Part shown: positions 1 to 12,125 of the stretch, one piece after another
Layout: the number at the start of each line of letters is the position of its first letter
Numbering within the stretch: the first letter of the stretch is position 1
Made by a program: the position numbers and the translations under genes
Assembly: GCA_013265495.1 (NCBI GenBank)
Contig: MU058584.1
Span: forward strand, 248,001 to 312,000
Direction: 5' to 3'
Length of the DNA: 64,000 nt
From: Vicugna vicugna
Taxonomy: Eukaryota
Notes under the pieces: model-generated
What the model was told of the DNA's origin: nothing
The model's input: only the letters and a program-made list of their open reading frames with translations
Database searches by the model: none

Positions 1-242
1 CTCCCGGGCTGCAGTCAGCTCTCCCCAGAGCAGGTCTTCACCTTGAGGCCAGCAGAGCCCTCAGTGCACTTGGCAGGGATGCCCCAGAGAGACTGCTCCT
101 CACCCCGCTGGGGACATGGGACCTGTCCTGCACCACCATCTCTCACCTTCAGAGCTCTGAAGACAAGAAGGTCTGAGCCCCAGGCTCCATGACGTTTATT
201 CAGTTGGCTGCAGGCTCTAACCCCCTTCAATACAGCGCTAGG

Positions 243-420
243 CTGTGGTTCCCAAACTTGGCTGCCTATTGGAATCACCTGGGGATCTTTTAAAAAAATA
301 CTCCTGCCTGCTCCCACCCCCCAGATGTTCTGATTTAATTGGTAGAGGGTGTGACCTGGCCATAGGCGTGTTAAAATTTCCCCAGGTGATTCTAATGTGC
401 AGAAAAGTTTGGGAGCCAAT
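243..420. mobile_element. MER5A-like hAT-Charlie DNA transposon relic
   Basis: gtggttcccaaacttggctg...gaatcacctggg...ccccaggtgattctaatgtgcag...tttgggagcca, with inverted termini. Confidence 0.8.
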
Positions 421-3400
421 GAACAACTTCTTCTGAGGCCAAGACCCAGCTCATGTTCTAATGTTTAGGGAACAATGCAGTCCTAGAGGCAGAAGGTAGA
501 GCAGGGTTCCAGGGGCAAGAAAAAAATGTGTTTGAATCATCAGACAGACTCAGATTTAGCAACTAGCTGGTAAAGAAAGGAGGGGAGAGAGGTAGGGGTG
601 GGGGCTGGGGGGCATTGGAGTCACTGGTGGAGATGATGTCAGACATTCCTCCGCGATGTAAGAAGTGGGGAAACGCATGAAAATAACCATGGCTGTGAAA
701 ATGGAACTTTCTGTGAAATGGCATATTCTTGGAAGGAGAGGGAAGGGGAGAAGGGGGAAAGGGGGGAAAGGAGGGGAGGGAAGGGGGAAGGCCCCAGGCC
801 AGAGAGAACGCAGAGGGAGATTGGACCCCAGGCCTCAGGAGAACTGGGAAAATGACAAGAAGATGTGAAAAGGCAGGGGAAGGAGAGGAGGGGATGGTTT
901 GAGTTCACATGAGGAACAGGGGAAAGAGGGCGCTGCTGACCCAGAAGAAGCTGAAGCAACAGGAGAAAAGATAAGCCGGGAGGGAGAGCGGGAATTGACC
1001 GCTAAGAAAAGAAAAACACACAGACTCAGAATTTGACCCAAACCCAACCAACCTCAGGCTTGGGCCAGAAGGAGCGCTTCCCAGGAGAAGGCTGAGGGGA
1101 CAGCTTCTCACCACACAGCCCCTCAGGGGCAGGGACAAGGCGCAGCTGACTGCCCACGTGTCCCCTTTCCTTCCTCCTCCACGCCTGGCTGCGCAGAGGA
1201 AGGAGCTTTGGGCCTGACGTTGGAAAGCCAGGTCTTTCCTCTTCGACGTTTCCCTGAGGGAGAGAGGGCAGTGCCCCCGAGGGACACGGGCCTCAGGCTC
1301 CCGCGGGTCTTGAGGGGGGCCGCTGCCCTTTCCTAAGCCTGACACCAGCCCCTGATTCTTAAATCTCACCCTAATGGCTTCCCCCAGGGCGAGACTTCCA
1401 AATACTGAGTCACCGAGAGAAAAAAGCCTTGCAGACCAAACCAAGAAAAATGACACAGGCTCCTCAATTCCTGGACGAAGACTTCTCACGACTGGGTGTG
1501 ATTGTAACCCACGTGTCTATGACAAGCCCCCTGCAAAGTAACTATCCAGCCTCGTCACGTGATGTGGCCCCTGTGACACTCAGCACGTCCTGGGAGGTGG
1601 GCAGGCGGGTCCCATCTTGGCTCGTGAGATGGCCCGGGACAGAGCAGGCACCGAGACCCCAGCCCCCCGCCTGGGATCAGTGCTTTCTCCCATCGGAGGG
1701 TGTCAAGTGACGTGCTGTTCAGGCTCAGGGAACCAGCTGTGGTTACTGGAAACTAATGCCAACATCAGGTCCTACAAGATGCTGGATGCTGTCCACCGGC
1801 CAGCGTCTCCTGGGCACCAGGCTGGCCCTTGCTGTGCCAGGCCGGGTGGCCCCGCGGTGCTGCTGCTCAGGCCGTTCCCCCCACCCGAATGTCTTGCCAG
1901 CTTAGAGGGGCCACAGGAGTCACACGATAAAGCTCTGAGACGTGCAGCTGGGAGCAGCCTCCGAGCACTTCAGAGTTTCCAGTCAGCGGTTTCCTGTGGG
2001 AGAGCGGTCCAGGGCCTCGGCTCTCCACTTACTGGCAGGCCTCCCTCTCTCTGCTCAGCCCCCCGTCCATCCTGACCACTGGCCTGGCCTCACAGAGGAA
2101 CAGAAAGTGGACTGGCTCCCTCAGAGTTAGAAAGACAGCAAGCCCGGGAGCCGGAGCCAGGCATTAGCCCTTCTTTTTCAGGGGAGAGGAGGGAAGTGGA
2201 GGGGCACCTCGGACCCCAAGGTCAGGACCCTGTCTCCTGAGAGCTGCAGCGGCTAGGGCAGTCTGTCCTGCAGGAATGCAGTAACCCCACGGGTGTCCCT
2301 GTGAGGGCCCCATTTGTTCTGAAAATGCAACACGGACGGCAATGCCCCCTCCATAACGGAAGTGGCCACTGTGAGACAGAGGTGTCAGAATGCGGCTGAG
2401 GTGCTTGGGGAGGGGGAGGTCATCAAGGTGACACAGGGGCCACTGGAGCCTGGTGGGTTCCAGGGACTGTTGGGAGAGTCAGACACCCCTCTGCATGACC
2501 AGAGTTGAGGTCTCTGGTGGCAGCCACATGTCAGCACATCAGTCCACTCTGAGCCAGGTCCTGGCCGAGCTCTAGCAGGGACACAGAGACTTCCATCCTC
2601 CAGCAACAGTCAAGCTCAGGAGGAAAAGACGTGCAGCTGTGAGCAAAGCAAGGGTGGCCAGACGTGGCACATGCTAAGACACAGGTGAAGAGGGAAAAGG
2701 GAGAGGACAGGATGGGCAAGCCAGGAGGGACTTCTTATATAGGAGGTGAGCTTGGGGTAAGGCCTTAAGGGAAGGGGAGAATTCAGCCAGGTGGTGACGA
2801 GGGAGGGGCACCTGTCAGGGTGTCTCAGGAGGAGGGAACAGCCTGAGCAAAAGCAGGGAAGGTGCACTGGGGCCAGTGTGGCCCCATGGGTTAAAGGCTT
2901 GTTGTGCACAGGGATTTGTAAAACCGGCTGGTAGATAACTTTCAGCTCCTCAGAGCACTACTCTGATGCCGGATTGGTTTTGAAGAACCCCAAATGCTTC
3001 CTTGAACTTGGATAGCTCTCTCTCCAGGGAGTCATACTGTCTTGAGGAGTTACCTAGGAGGAAAGAGTTAGGTGTCACCCTGCGAAACATGAGCCTGCAT
3101 TTCACTGGACGTCATGAGTGTTGCTGTTCTCCAGCGACCAGAACCCACCTCATGGTCCTCAGAGTCACTGGGCTCAGTGGCCCTGGGGTGCAGGAATTCC
3201 TTCCACAACACTCCTGACAAGAGTCCTCTGGACTCTGAAGGTCTGGAGGGTCCCCAGTGGCCCTTCAACCAGAGGAATAGCCAGCACCAACACCATTCAG
3301 TGGGGCTAATTTACTGAGCCTCACTATGAGACTGCTCCTCCTAGCCGTGGCCAGCCGCACAAGGGCTGGGTGCAGTCAAGCCATGTGCTCAGTATGAACA

Positions 3401-4769
3401 GACAAGCTGGACCAATCAGGGGATTTGAAGGAAACCTGGGGACAACAAACAGTGGGGACTCAGGCTCAGAGAGCTCATTGATGCTGCTGCCATGCTGGGC
3501 CATGTGCAGGATGACTGAGCAGAGAGAAGCAGAAGGGAGGGAGCTCTTTGAGGGCCTCTGAGGGATGCAGAGGACTGACAGTCCATGAATTTTCTGTCTC
3601 GGTGCCTGAGAGATCCTGATACCTCTCTGAATATCTGCAGACTGCCTGTTGCATCCTTACAAACAACTGTCTTCTATGTGAGCTAGCCTGAGCAGGCTTC
3701 TGCTCTCCACAACCAAGAGATCCTGGATGAGAACACCACCCTCCCGCCTCTCCTGGCCTCTGGGCTCAGGCAGGGAAAACCAGCTTATCACGGAGGCTGA
3801 AGGGTGGAGCTGGGGTTCTTCTGAGGGCAGCAGGCAGACCTCCCATCTTCCCAACCCCAGCCCTGCCTCTCCAAACCCGAACTGAAGCAGCTATGTGACT
3901 GGGAAGTTCACCAGAGTTTTCCAGCCCATTCCTGGCACCTGCTGCTGTTGGCTGCACTTACCTCCCTCAGGCACTGCCAGATTTTCCTTGGTGCTCCCCA
4001 GCCAGGCGGTCTCCTCCAGAGAGAGAGAGCTCAGCTGAGGTCACATGGAAAATAACGCATGAGCAGAGCCCTGTCCCAAGCTGCTTCAGCTGACTTCCCT
4101 TTGTTCTCTCTTTTTCTCTCTCTCTCTCTCACATGAAACTGGCTTGTTTTACCAGGTCAAATTGCATTCCTCTAAACACAGGGGTGCTGTGCAGTAAAAG
4201 TTTGATTCAACTTCTTGCGCCTAATCATTCTGGGAAAGCTTTCAAAGTAGAGAACTCCAGGCATACCGTGCCACGATGTCTTTCTAACTGCTGGCTTTCA
4301 GAAGACAAGCCCTTCCAGTGGGAAAACTCACAGTGCAGATGAACCTTGCTTTATACCACAACACATTCCTGAAGAGTCACAGATAAATCAGCTCATTTAT
4401 ATTCTGCCTTATTCCAGGATAAAAAACAAAAACCACAGCATACACCAAGACGGTAAATGAGAGAGAAAGAAAAAGGAACATCAAAAATATAAAATAGAAC
4501 CAGTAGAGAGGCAAAAACATCACGGACACCATAAAAATCCTACATGCTTTCTACGGGCAAGACACAATTGGGCTGTACACTCTCCAGCAGCTAGTCTGGA
4601 AAGAGAAATTTGATTAGTTACACAAAGAGCCATGTATGAACTAAATTTTGGGAAACTGAATCACATTTCAAATACATAAGCAAAGGTTGCTATTGAAGAA
4701 AACCTTGGTAACAGACATCTGGTTTTGTTTCTTAGTTTTTGTTTGTTTATTTGTTTTTTGTTTTTGCCT

Positions 4770-5157
4770 GCTCAGCAGTGCTTTATGTGGGGAAATGGCC
4801 CTTCCTGACAAGGTGTGAATAGGGTGAGCTGTCAATCACAGAATCTCACCCTGGTTATGGAGGGAAGCTTGGGATTCAAGCTCACTAATCAGACCCTCTA
4901 TTAGAAATTCACACCTTGAGATACTTGGGGGCTGTAGATGGTTAAAGCAGAGGCTCCCATGAGGGTATCTTCAAAAGAACTTTCACAATGTCCTGCTACT
5001 CAGAGCTCCAGAGCTGGCTGGGTTCTGTCCCTCCCATGTCCCGATTTTCCAAGTTTTCTTTGAATCGGTCAACTCCCCAGTATCCTTCCAATAAATTTGT
5101 TTTAGCTGAAGCTAATAAAAGTCTGTTCCTGTTGCTTACAACCAACAACTCCTAAAG
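4770..5157 (+). mobile_element. Old MaLR (MLT1-type) LTR
   Basis: 3' end ccaataaatt...ctgttgcttacaaccaa...ctaa is typical of MLT1 LTRs; boundaries approximate. Confidence 0.55.
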
Positions 5158-5204
5158 ATATGATGCTAATAAATTCAAATGGAATATGAGAATGCTCTCA
5201 AAGA

Positions 5205-8164
5205 GCAAAATGTGGGGGAGGGGAGGATACAAATTTAGAGCTTCAAAAATGTGTTGAACTTGTATGATTATCGGTCTTGTCTTGTCAGGGGTGGGGTCTG
5301 CTTCCAAGTTGCTGGAGTGAAAGCCGTGAGGATCGGACTCAAGCTGGCTCTGTTCCCTTTACATGTGTTTTTCCTTCTCCTGCAATGCGGCCTTTGCCCC
5401 AGATTTGAACAGACTGATCACTAGAAGTGAAATTGATTCTGTAATAATAATAATAATAAACCCTCCCAGCAAACAGAAGTCCAGGACCAGACAGCTTCAC
5501 CAAACATATGAAGAAGAACTTACACCTATTCTTCTAAAACTATTCCAAAAAATTGAAGAGGAAAAAAAATCCCAAATTCATTCTATGAGGTCATTACCCT
5601 TACACCAAAACCAGAAAAAGACACTACAAAAAAAGATATGACAGGCCAGTATCTTTGATGAATATACATGTAAAAATTCTCAACAAAACATTAACAAACT
5701 GAATCCAACAATACCTGAATAAGATCACACACCATGATCAAGTGGGATTTATTCCAGGGTCACAAAGATGGTTCAGCAGTCCCAAACCAATCAATGTGAT
5801 ATACCACATTAACAGAGGGAAAGATAAAAATCGTATGATCGCCTTAATAGACACAGAAAAAGTATTTAACAAAATTCAACATCCATTCATGTCAAAACTC
5901 TTAAAGTGGGTTTAGAGGGAACATATTTCAACATAATAAAGGCCATTTATGATGAACCCACAGCCAGCATAATACTCAACAGTGAAAAGCTGAAAACCTT
6001 CCTGCTAATTGAGGAACAAGACAAGAATGCCCGCTCTTGCTGCTTTTATTTAACGTAGTATTGGAAGTCCTAGCTGCAGCAGTCAGATGAGAAAAAGAAA
6101 TAAGAGGTATTCAGATTGGAAGAGAAGAAGTAGAACTGTCACTATTTGCAGATTGGTGCAGCCACTATGAACTCACCCAGCAATTCTACCCCTGGGTATA
6201 TATCTGGAAAAAATGATATATATTCTACATAGAGAACCTCAAAGTTTCCACCCAAAAACTATTAGAACTAATAAATGAATTTAGCAAAGCTGCAGGATAC
6301 AAGATTAATATACAGAAATCAGCTGCATTTTTATATACTAATAAAGAAGTATCAGAAAGAGAAATTTTTAAAAATCCCATTCAAAATCACATCAAAAAAT
6401 AAAATGCTTAGGAACAAATTTACCAAGGAGATGAAGGACCTCTACTCTGAAACTATAAAACATTGATGAAGGAAATTGAAGATAATTCAAAGAAATGGAA
6501 AGATATCCCATGCTCTTGGATTTAAATAATTAATATTATTAAAATGGCCATACTGCCCAAAACAATCTATGGATTTAATGCAATCCCTATCAAAATACCC
6601 AGACATTTTTCACAGAACTAGAGCAAATAATACTAAAATTTATATGGAATCACAAAAGACCCAGAATTGCCAAAACAATCCCAAAGAAAAAGAACAAAGC
6701 TGGAAGTATAACCCTTCCAGACTTCAGACTGTACTTTACAAAGCTACAATAATCAAAACAGTATGGTATTGGCACAAAAACAGATGGATCAATGGAACAG
6801 AATAGAGAGCCCAGAAATAAACCCATGCACCTATTGTCAATTAATCTACAACAAAGGTGGCAAGAATATGCAATCTCTTCAGTCTCTTCAACAGACAGTG
6901 CTAGGAAAAATGGACAGCTACATGTAAAGCAATGAGATTAGAACATTCTCTTATACCATACACAAAAATAAATGCAAAATGGTTTAAAGACCTAAATATA
7001 AGACCTGAAACCATAAAGCACCTAGCAGAGAACGTAAGTGGAATACTCTTTGACACAAACCATAGCAATATTTTCTTGGATCAATCTCCTAAGGCAAAAG
7101 AAATAAAAGCAAAAATAAACAAACGGGACCTAATTAAACCTAAAAGCTTTGCACAGCAAAGGAAACCATCAACAAAAATATTTGCAAACAATGTGACTGA
7201 CAAGGGGTTAATATCCAAAATATCCAAACAGCTGATACAACTCAATATTAAAAAAAATTAAAAATGGGCAGAAGACTTGAATAGACCCTTTTACAACGGA
7301 GACTTACAGATGGTTACCAAGGCACATGAAAAGGTGCTCAACATCACTAATTATTAGGGAAATGCAAATCAAAACCACAATGAATATCACCTCACACCTG
7401 TCAGAATAACCATCATGTAAAAGTCTACAAATAACAAATGTTGGAGAGGATGTGAAGAAAGGGGAACTTTTATACACTGTTGGTGGGAATGTAAATTAGT
7501 GCAGCCACTATGAAGTTGACCCAGAAATTCTACTCCTGGGTATATATCTGGAAAAAATGAAAACACAAATTCAAAAAGATACATACACCCCAATGTTCAT
7601 AGCAGCACTATTTATAATAGCCATGACATGGAAGCAATCCAAGTGCCCATCAAGAGACAATTGGATTAAGAAGACATGATATATATCTGTGTACACACAC
7701 ACACACACACACATAGATAGGCACAATGGAGTATTACTCAGCCATAAAAAAAGAATGAAATATTTCCATTTGTAGCAATGTTGATGGACCTAGGGAATAT
7801 TATGCATAGTGAGATAAGTTAGACAGAGAAAGACAAATATTATATGATATCACTTATATGTGGATCAAAAAACTAATACTAATGAATGTATGTGCAAAAC
7901 AGAAATAGACTCACAAACATTGAAAACAAACTTGTGGTTACCAAAGAGGGGAGGGATAAATTAGGGGTATGAGATTAACAGATACAAACTACTATGTATA
8001 AAATAGAAAAGCAATAAGGATATACTGTACAACACAGGAAATTATATCCATTATCTTGTAACAACCTATAATGGAATATAATCTGCAAAAATACTGAATC
8101 ACTATGCTGTACACATGAAACCAGCACAATATTGTAAGTCAACTATACTTCAATTAAAAAAAAA
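5205..8164 (+). mobile_element. 5'-truncated, rearranged, decayed LINE-1 (ORF2 RT and C-terminal region, 3' UTR, poly(A))
   Basis: ORF2 remnants ([53 protein letters not shown]); 3' end caactatacttcaattaaaaaaaaa; possible TSD CAAAGA at 5199-5204 and 8165-8170. Confidence 0.95.
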
Positions 8165-10419
8165 CAAAGATCATCCTGAGTTGCCTTCTTGGAAAGTCAC
8201 AATCAACTTTTATTGGTGTCCAGTTGTGATTTCACAAGAGTGGCTGGAGGGGACTGAGAAAACCAGCAAGTAATGGAAGAGATGGGGAGGATTCCTGACA
8301 CTGTGGGTGTGCCTGGGCGGCCGGGGCAAGCTCTGTGATCAGGGATGCTGAGGTCCTCACCACCCCACTCAGGATCAAACCTTCCAAGACTCAGTGCTCA
8401 GTAAAAACCCCAGATGGCCAAATTTCCTGTTAATTGTTAACTGGTTGAGAAACGGGATGTAATTCTGTATCTTTTGGTTTCAAGTGAGGAAAGCAGCCTA
8501 TCATTCTCACTGAGGCCTTTACAATGTGAGATGAAATGGACATGTCCTGGGCTCAAGGATGACCACTGGGCAGAGACTGGTGACCCTAGCAGGGGTCCTC
8601 TCTAAGGGTATCCAGGAGTCTGCCCTCCTCAAGTCTTAGCTTCCCTGAGCTTCAGCACAACCACATTCAGGCCACCCGGTCTGTTGAGCATTGCACTAAG
8701 AGTCTATGGGCAGGACAACCTTGAGAAAAACACTATTTGAAAGTAACTCCCCAAATATATACTGCTAGGAGGCCTGTGACTCTGCCAGGTGGCCACATCC
8801 TTTATGAGCAGGCATTATGAGCCAGACTCCGTGCTAAATGCAATGGAGAGCCCCAGATGAATAAGGGGCAGCCTCCACCCTCCAGGAGAGGGATGCCTCA
8901 TTGAACAGACAAGGCCTGTTCACAGAGAAATGCAATAAAAGGCAAATGTATTTGGTGCCATGCACGGTATTCAGGGCTACAGCCACTCTGGCTAGGGAGT
9001 TGGACAAGACTTCCCTTGGACTGGAACTTGAAGACAGTATAAGTGTCAAGAAGAAAAGGAGGGTGGTGGCTGGGAAGACATTCTAGGAGGAGGGACCCTG
9101 GGGAGTGTCACAGGAAGTGCAGGTGGGAGTTTGCAGCCCCAGGAGACATGCGATCTCCCATCACAAAGGGGAGGCGAGACTGTATACTGTATTCACCACG
9201 GAGGTGTCCAGAAACAGGGTAGAGAATTTTAAACTCTTCACCTATATTAAGATTATATTTTAAAAAATGAATTGGATTTTTTAAAAGAGAGTGTTTGAAG
9301 AGGATTCCTTTGGAGACAGCTTTTTGAGGTCCACCCCTCCCCCTGGGGCAGGCAGTGCCTGTCCTTTCCCTCAAGGCTAAGGAAAGAGAGCTTTAAGGGA
9401 ACCAGTTGGGACACTTAATCCAAATTCCTTGTAGTTTGGGGCTCACAGTAGACAAGTGACTGACATCCATTTGGGAGACCCAGGGAGGGAAGATGGGCTG
9501 GCTGGCTACTTTTCCTTAGAGCAGAGATTACTTATGTGGAAGCCAACCTGCACTCCCAGGCTTGGTCAGGATAAATGATGTGTAAAACTTTTCTGTGGAC
9601 CAGATGTGGCCATATGTGGGGTCATTTTAAGTTTTATCCAAGAGTTTTAGAGGGACAGAGATTTCAGCAGAATGCTGCTGGAGGTGTCACCAGGTTCCTA
9701 GGAGCTGGGGATGGGGCAGACGAACAGCCAGAATGGAGATGCTTTCGTCTTTGTGAAGAGAAAATGACCAGGCGTCTGTATCAAAAGAGGAAGACTCTCT
9801 TCAAAGGACCCACAAACTGAGAGTATTTTAAACACCTCCCACGAGAGCTGGGCCACCAGGACTTTACCAGTCGAATTATAACTTCCCTGCAACTTTCAGT
9901 TTCCTCTCCCCTTCCTGATCAACTCTGGACCACAGTTAGCCACCTGGGGGAGTGACTCCCTCACCAGCAGCAGGCTTCCTGCCCCCAACAGGCCCAAGCA
10001 GGGATGGGGTTGGGGGCAGCAACTTGAAGTCATGTTCAACAGTTTGACTATTAAAATTGACTGGACAATTTTAATTGCTTAGCTGAATCTGTTTTTTAAA
10101 AATTTATTTAAAGTGACCATTTATTATGAGGTCCACCAAACAAATTTATAGAGATATTGGTAGGAAAAATAAAGGTGCTGAATGATTGCAGGCCTGGAGG
10201 CACTCTTGTTCAACTTGACAGTTACAAAGATATGATCAAAGCAAGATTCATTTGTCAGCGATGGTCTTGACAGATCAGTGGGAGGGGACCCAGGAGGCTG
10301 CAAGAACTGGAACGGGGCGGGCGTCTGCAATTCGCCATCCTGGGGTGGTGGGGCTGAAGAGGGGCAGTGGAAGTAGTAGGGAAAATATGGAAGATACCGA
10401 ACAACAGGTTCACAGCATC

Positions 10420-11070
10420 ACTGTGCAGCCTTGCTAAAAATGGTGAACCTGGATCTAATCAAGCCTTCTGATCCAGCTTCCAGTTTAAAGGAAAAACAAG
10501 GGAGAGAGGAGTAAGTTAAATGATAGCTGAAGGAAAGCAATCAGATAAAGCCAGAAAGTGATATTCTGTGGAAAACCCAACATGGTTTTATTCAGCAAAT
10601 CAAGGCATGAAAGAAAGGGGGCAGAACAGGAAGGAGCTACTCTAGACTAAGAGATCTAACTGCAGTTTAGTTAATAGTAATGTACCATCCTGTGTTTTTT
10701 CTAAAAAAAAAAAAGTACTGTACCTCTCTTGGTTTCACTGACTGATCTGATTCAAACGTCCAAATGTACAAGACATGCTTGAGACGACTGGGGAAACTGA
10801 GTGAGAGTTGGGTGTTATGGATTTTAAGGAATCATCGTTAATCTTGCTACATTGAGGTTCTGTAGGAAAGCGTCCTTTTCAAAAAGACACCTCCTGAAGT
10901 AAGTAAGTTTGGGTAAAATTCATGATGTCTTTAAAATATTACAGCAAAATTTTTTTTAAAGCTGAAGCAAATATAATGAAATATTGATAATGATTATATT
11001 CTTGGTGGGGGCTCATACTTTCCTCTGTATTTTTCTGTATGATTGAAAGTTGCCACAATGAAAACAATTG
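10420..11070 (+). mobile_element. Ancient L1 (L1ME-like) 3' fragment
   Basis: Degenerate A-rich L1M-type 3' UTR motifs; boundaries approximate. Confidence 0.45.
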
Positions 11071-11989
11071 AGTGCCTATTATTTGCCATGTGCTTTAGAT
11101 TTTATTTTATTAAGTCCTCAAACAGCCACATAAGACAGAGTCATTACTGAGGGCTCAGAGAAGTGCAGTATTTTTTCCAAGATCACACAGCCAGAACAGG
11201 GCAGAGCTGAGATTTGTCCACGAGAACCCACTGCCTCCCAAAGTGCCTCGGGTAGAAGGAAAGTATCTCGGGAAGGAGTTAAAAAAGGATCCTTAAGCTT
11301 GTATCCCAGGGAACCAGGAGACCAGCAGGGAAGTCCAGAGGAGGAGCTGGCTTGAGGAATTAAGAGCTTTAGCATCAGACAGTGATAATGGCCAATGTTT
11401 TTCACTTACTTTTCCTTGCATTGCCTTGTTTGAATGTTCCGTAAACCACCCTCCTAAAACAGCGTTGTGCTCTTTTTTAACAGATGACAGCCAGGTTCAG
11501 AGGGGCTAAGTGACTTATCTGAGGTCACAGGAATGCCAAGTTGGGAAGCCAGGACTCAGACCCAGGCCTTGGAGACAGTTTCCTCCAGGAGACATCCCTC
11601 TTTACTGAGTGGTAATGAGACAAAGGCCTGCACGCTATCACCCAGTTGTGTTCAGGTGTGCTGGCATGGCAAGCAGCAGCCGAATGAACTTGCTCACTGC
11701 CCAGGGTGCTGGGTTGGTTGCAGGTGCGTTAGCCTCATCTGGTACCTGGAAGGACTCTGGGCTGAGGACGGTGGTTGAGGGTACTGCAGGGCTTTTGCTT
11801 GGTCCTGTCCCCTGCTATCAGCATCCAGAGATCTGCATGCTCAGCCCTTGCCACCTTCTGCCAAATGTCCCCAAATCACCCAGGCTTTCTCTGATGGGCA
11901 CCCACAAAAAGCCACCTTCCGTTTCCCTCCCGTGTTTCTCTATATCCTTTCCCTGCTTGATTGTACTGGTTCCTATCATATCACACATC

Positions 11990-12125
11990 TCTCTTCCACA
12001 CTAGAATATATGCTCCCTGAGGTCAGGGATTTCGTCTTGGTCACTCAGGACCCCCACTGGGGGCTCCATGAATATTTGTCGAATAAATACACGTACATAT
12101 GAATAAATGAATGTAAAAAGAATGA
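11990..12125 (+). mobile_element. L2 3' end
   Basis: ctagaatat..gctccctgaggtcagggatt...aatatttgtcgaataaat...gaataaatgaatg terminal pattern. Confidence 0.65.

Noticed and set aside
5363..7261. L1 ORF2 fragments as an active or domesticated reverse transcriptase
   Set aside because: Multiple frameshifts, stops and deletions, and a disrupted FADD motif
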